Shown here: positions 25,935 to 27,990 of the stretch, one piece after another
How the letters are laid out: each line of letters opens with the position of its first letter
Position numbering within the stretch: the first letter of the stretch is position 1
Virus record (IMG/VR): IMGVR_UViG_3300017774_002204
Span: 1-27,990 of that record
Reading direction: 5' to 3' (one strand)
Source of the DNA: a virus
Taxonomy: Duplodnaviria; Caudoviricetes
Length of the DNA stretch: 27,990 bases
Notes under the pieces: model-generated
The model's database searches: none
Told to the model about the DNA's origin: nothing
The model's input: only the letters and a program-made list of their open reading frames with translations
Program-made: the position numbers and the translations under genes

Positions 25935-26706
25935 AAGCCTTATTAACAAGTTGGTTGAAAAACCAAAGAAGAGTGAAGAAAATTTAATTGATAGTCAGGC
26001 AATTGTTGACAAGATCAAAGAAGGATATGCTTTACAAAGAAAGGCATCTTTTAAAAAGAGAGATAGCTTTACTCCGTCAACACTTACTTATGGTGCAGGA
26101 AAGTGTCCTAGATTCTGGTACTTGTGGTTTGAAGGAAATGAATCAGATGTAAAGACTGATTGGTATTCAGTTGCAAATATGGACAGTGGTACTGATCGTC
26201 ATGGTCGTATTGAAAAAGCCATGGAGTCTGCTGGTATTCTAGTAACTAATGAAGAGCGTTTATCTTATGTAGACCCACCCATTTCTGGTAAAACAGATGC
26301 AATTATTAAGTGGAATGAAATGGATATTCTTACTGAAATTAAAACACTTAATGAAGATTCTTTTCATTATCTAAATGTTAAGGGTGAAGCAAGAAAGTAT
26401 CATGTTGAACAACTTCTTATTTACATGAAGATTCTTAAGAAGAGTTTTGCATTCCTTGTTTATGAATCAAAGAATAGCCATGAATTATCCCTGTTCCCTA
26501 TTAAACTAACTGATCATTATAAAAACTTTATTAATTACTTTTTTGATTGGATGCGAGAAGTAAAAAAGGCATCTGACGATGGTCTTTTGCCTGAAAACCC
26601 TTACCGTTCAAACTCAAAGGTTTGTAAAGGTTGTGATTTTGAAACAGTATGTCGCACTAAGCCAAAGGGTGATATTAAAATAGCACCAAGGAAAGATCTT
26701 GATTAA
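25927..26706 (+). CDS. Cas4-like/RecB-family exonuclease (solo, predicted Fe-S)
   Basis: KCPRFWY, GTDRH, GKTD, EIKT, QLLIYM and C-terminal CKGCDFETVC. ATG 25927 (RBS AGGA 25917-25920) is preferred over 25909. Confidence 0.85.
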   Translation: MAKSLINKLVEKPKKSEENLIDSQAIVDKIKEGYALQRKASFKKRDSFTPSTLTYGAGKCPRFWYLWFEGNESDVKTDWYSVANMDSGTDRHGRIEKAMESAGILVTNEERLSYVDPPISGKTDAIIKWNEMDILTEIKTLNEDSFHYLNVKGEARKYHVEQLLIYMKILKKSFAFLVYESKNSHELSLFPIKLTDHYKNFINYFFDWMREVKKASDDGLLPENPYRSNSKVCKGCDFETVCRTKPKGDIKIAPRKDLD

Positions 26707-26992
26707 ATTTTGTAAACTATGTGATAATCAATTTCAAAGCAATAATAAAAATCAAATATATTGCTCACCTGAGTGCAGGTCTACTGCTACAAAGGAAAAG
26801 ATTATGCAAAGATACAAGGTTTCAAAGATTAAGGCTCGTGCTACTAAGTCAAGAAAATGTGCTGGCGGATGTGGTTTAGAAATTAGTATTTATAATGACA
26901 TTGGATTTTGTAATAGTTGCATGATGAGTAAAAAAAAACTTGATCAGGCTTTAAAAGATATAAAAGGATTATTTGATTATGAGCAAGGCTAG
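26699..26992 (+). CDS. Cys-rich double zinc-finger protein
   Basis: CKLC…YCSPEC…CAGGC…FCNSC. The TTG start overlaps the upstream stop. Confidence 0.7.
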   Translation: MIKFCKLCDNQFQSNNKNQIYCSPECRSTATKEKIMQRYKVSKIKARATKSRKCAGGCGLEISIYNDIGFCNSCMMSKKKLDQALKDIKGLFDYEQG

Positions 26993-27566
26993 TTGGAAAG
27001 ATATTGGAAAGCCAAAAAGATTTATCTCTATAGATGCCTCTTCTACTTCTGCTGCCTTTGCAATATTTGAAAATGATGAGTTAGTAAAATTTGGAAAGAT
27101 TAATTTTACTGGAAATGATCATTATAAAAAAGCTGGAGATGCTTGTAAAAAACTTACCCCGTTATTCAAAGATTTTGATTTTGATGCAGTTGTGATTGAA
27201 AATACTATTTTTGCAAACTCTCCAAAAACATCAATGCAGTTAGCCCTTGCACAAGGGGCTATTGTGAGTGCAGCATACATTAATGGCGTAAAAGATATAT
27301 ATCCCTGTGTACCAGTTGCTTGGCAGAACTGGATTGGCAATAAGGTTTTGACAAAAGAAGAGAAGCTTGAATTAAGAAAGCAAACTCCTGGAAAGTCAGA
27401 GTCTTGGTACAAAGGCAAGGAAAGAGAGTTTAGAAAGAATAGAACTATTAGACTTGTTAATATAGAATTTATGACTGATGTAAGTGACAACGATGTTGCA
27501 GATGCAATTGCTATTGGATGGTATGCAACAAACAACTGGAATAAAATAACTAAACTTGACTTATAA
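26979..27566 (+). CDS. ruvC: RuvC-like Holliday junction resolvase (RNase H fold)
   Basis: FISIDAS, VVIE, LALAQGAI and DNDVADAIAIG acidic catalytic set. ATG 26979 (RBS AAGGA) is preferred over TTG 26973. Confidence 0.85.
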   Translation: MSKASWKDIGKPKRFISIDASSTSAAFAIFENDELVKFGKINFTGNDHYKKAGDACKKLTPLFKDFDFDAVVIENTIFANSPKTSMQLALAQGAIVSAAYINGVKDIYPCVPVAWQNWIGNKVLTKEEKLELRKQTPGKSESWYKGKEREFRKNRTIRLVNIEFMTDVSDNDVADAIAIGWYATNNWNKITKLDL

Positions 27567-27584
27567 AGGATATAATGATACTAT
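27556..27584 (+). promoter_or_regulatory. Promoter(s) for the small HTH gene, probably leaderless
   Basis: TATAAT 27571-27576 is 6 nt before ATG 27583. Alternatively TTGACT (27556-27561), 17 nt, TACTAT (27579-27584). Confidence 0.6.
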
Positions 27585-27735
27585 GAAAATGTACACTAAT
27601 GAAAATTGGCTAAGAAAAAGATTCTTGCTAGATAAAAAATCTCCAGAAGACATTGCAAAAGAATGTGGTGTATCTGTTGAAACTGTGTATGTGTACCTTG
27701 GAAAATTTGGATTAAGAAAAAGCAGGAGAAAATAA
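27583..27735 (+). CDS. Small HTH DNA-binding protein (50 aa; absent from the ORF track)
   Basis: Manual translation: MKMYTNENWLRKRFLLDKKSPEDIAKECGVSVETVYVYLGKFGLRKSRRK, with a clear IAKECGVSVETV helix-turn-helix. Confidence 0.85.
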   Translation: MKMYTNENWLRKRFLLDKKSPEDIAKECGVSVETVYVYLGKFGLRKSRRK

Positions 27736-27990
27736 TGGCTGAATACCCTTCACAAGCATTCTATTTAAATAAGAATGAAGAAAAGATTAAAAAGATTTTT
27801 GAACTTTCTAAGACCGCACCAGCTGGATATAATATTCTTGCTGCCTGTTTAGACATTACAGAAATGCTTTTAGAAAAAAATGTAGCCTATGGTAACTCTG
27901 CTCTTAATCCTATTCGCATCTTTAGTAATGCAGATGATATGGAACAGTTGAATGTTCGTATTGATGATAAGTTAAATAGAATTAAGAATA
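27735..27990 (+). CDS. Nucleotide-modification-associated domain 1 (Nmad1/DUF1599-like) protein, truncated by the window end
   Basis: Manual translation: MAEYPSQ…MLLEKNVAYGNSALNPIRIFS…LNVRIDDKLNRIKN, carrying the KN-x-x-YG…RI-x-DK-x-x-R signature. RBS AGGAG and TAATG coupling. Confidence 0.7.
   Translation, partial: MAEYPSQAFYLNKNEEKIKKIFELSKTAPAGYNILAACLDITEMLLEKNVAYGNSALNPIRIFSNADDMEQLNVRIDDKLNRIKN

Noticed and set aside
25927-26706. CRISPR-Cas system suggested by the Cas4-like gene
   Set aside because: No repeat-spacer array, cas1, cas2 or effector genes are in the window. The context is phage recombination.
366-27535. All minus-strand ORFs and short alternative-frame plus-strand ORFs in the track (e.g. 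6787-7206, 19366-19707, 22914-23279, 27122-27535, 2274-2456, 4473-4703)
   Set aside because: They lie wholly or almost wholly within well-supported + strand genes, have no recognisable motifs, and show the Ser/Phe/Leu bias expected of antisense or off-frame shadows.
26699-27566. Zn finger plus RuvC as a TnpB/Cas12-like RNA-guided nuclease
   Set aside because: The RuvC is a compact, unsplit ~195-aa resolvase type, the Zn finger is a separate upstream ORF, and there is no adjacent non-coding space for a guide RNA or transposon ends.
17401-27566. Bacterial chromosome origin for dnaB/dnaG/dnaE/recA/ruvC
   Set aside because: These genes are not clustered this way in bacteria, are divergent and compact, and adjoin a complete phage tail module.
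1-27990. Stop-codon reassignment, tRNA genes or integration functions
   Set aside because: Genes tile the window under the standard code using TAA, TAG and TGA as stops. The largest intergenic gap (~108 nt) is explained by a terminator and promoter. No integrase or att-like site was recognised.

Overview
This window is a segment of an AT-rich (roughly one-third GC by eye) tailed-phage genome. All credible genes are on the + strand and many are translationally coupled (TAATG/ATGA overlaps). Bases 76-16358 form a siphovirus-type tail module: tail tube, a chaperone pair joined by a -1 frameshift, a 2207-aa tape measure, Dit-like and hub/Tal-like proteins, and four minor tail-tip proteins. Bases 16368-27990 form a replication/recombination module: HTH regulator, DnaB, primase, gp32-like SSB, DnaE, MazG-like, RecA, a PD-(D/E)xK resolvase-like nuclease, a solo Cas4-like nuclease, RuvC-like, small Zn/HTH proteins and a truncated Nmad1/DUF1599-like gene. 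Gene order and apparent leaderless promoters suggest a large actinobacterial siphovirus (inference). The two most novel-looking signals are (i) a S-[AG]-S tripeptide concentrated in tail tube and tail-tip proteins but absent from the Ser/Ala/Gly-rich tape measure, a candidate virion glycosylation sequon, and (ii) a ~300-aa cargo-like domain boxed between two 55-aa repeats inside the tape measure. No tRNA, rRNA, CRISPR array, integrase, intein or lysis gene was seen. All family assignments come from motif recognition by eye, not from database searches.
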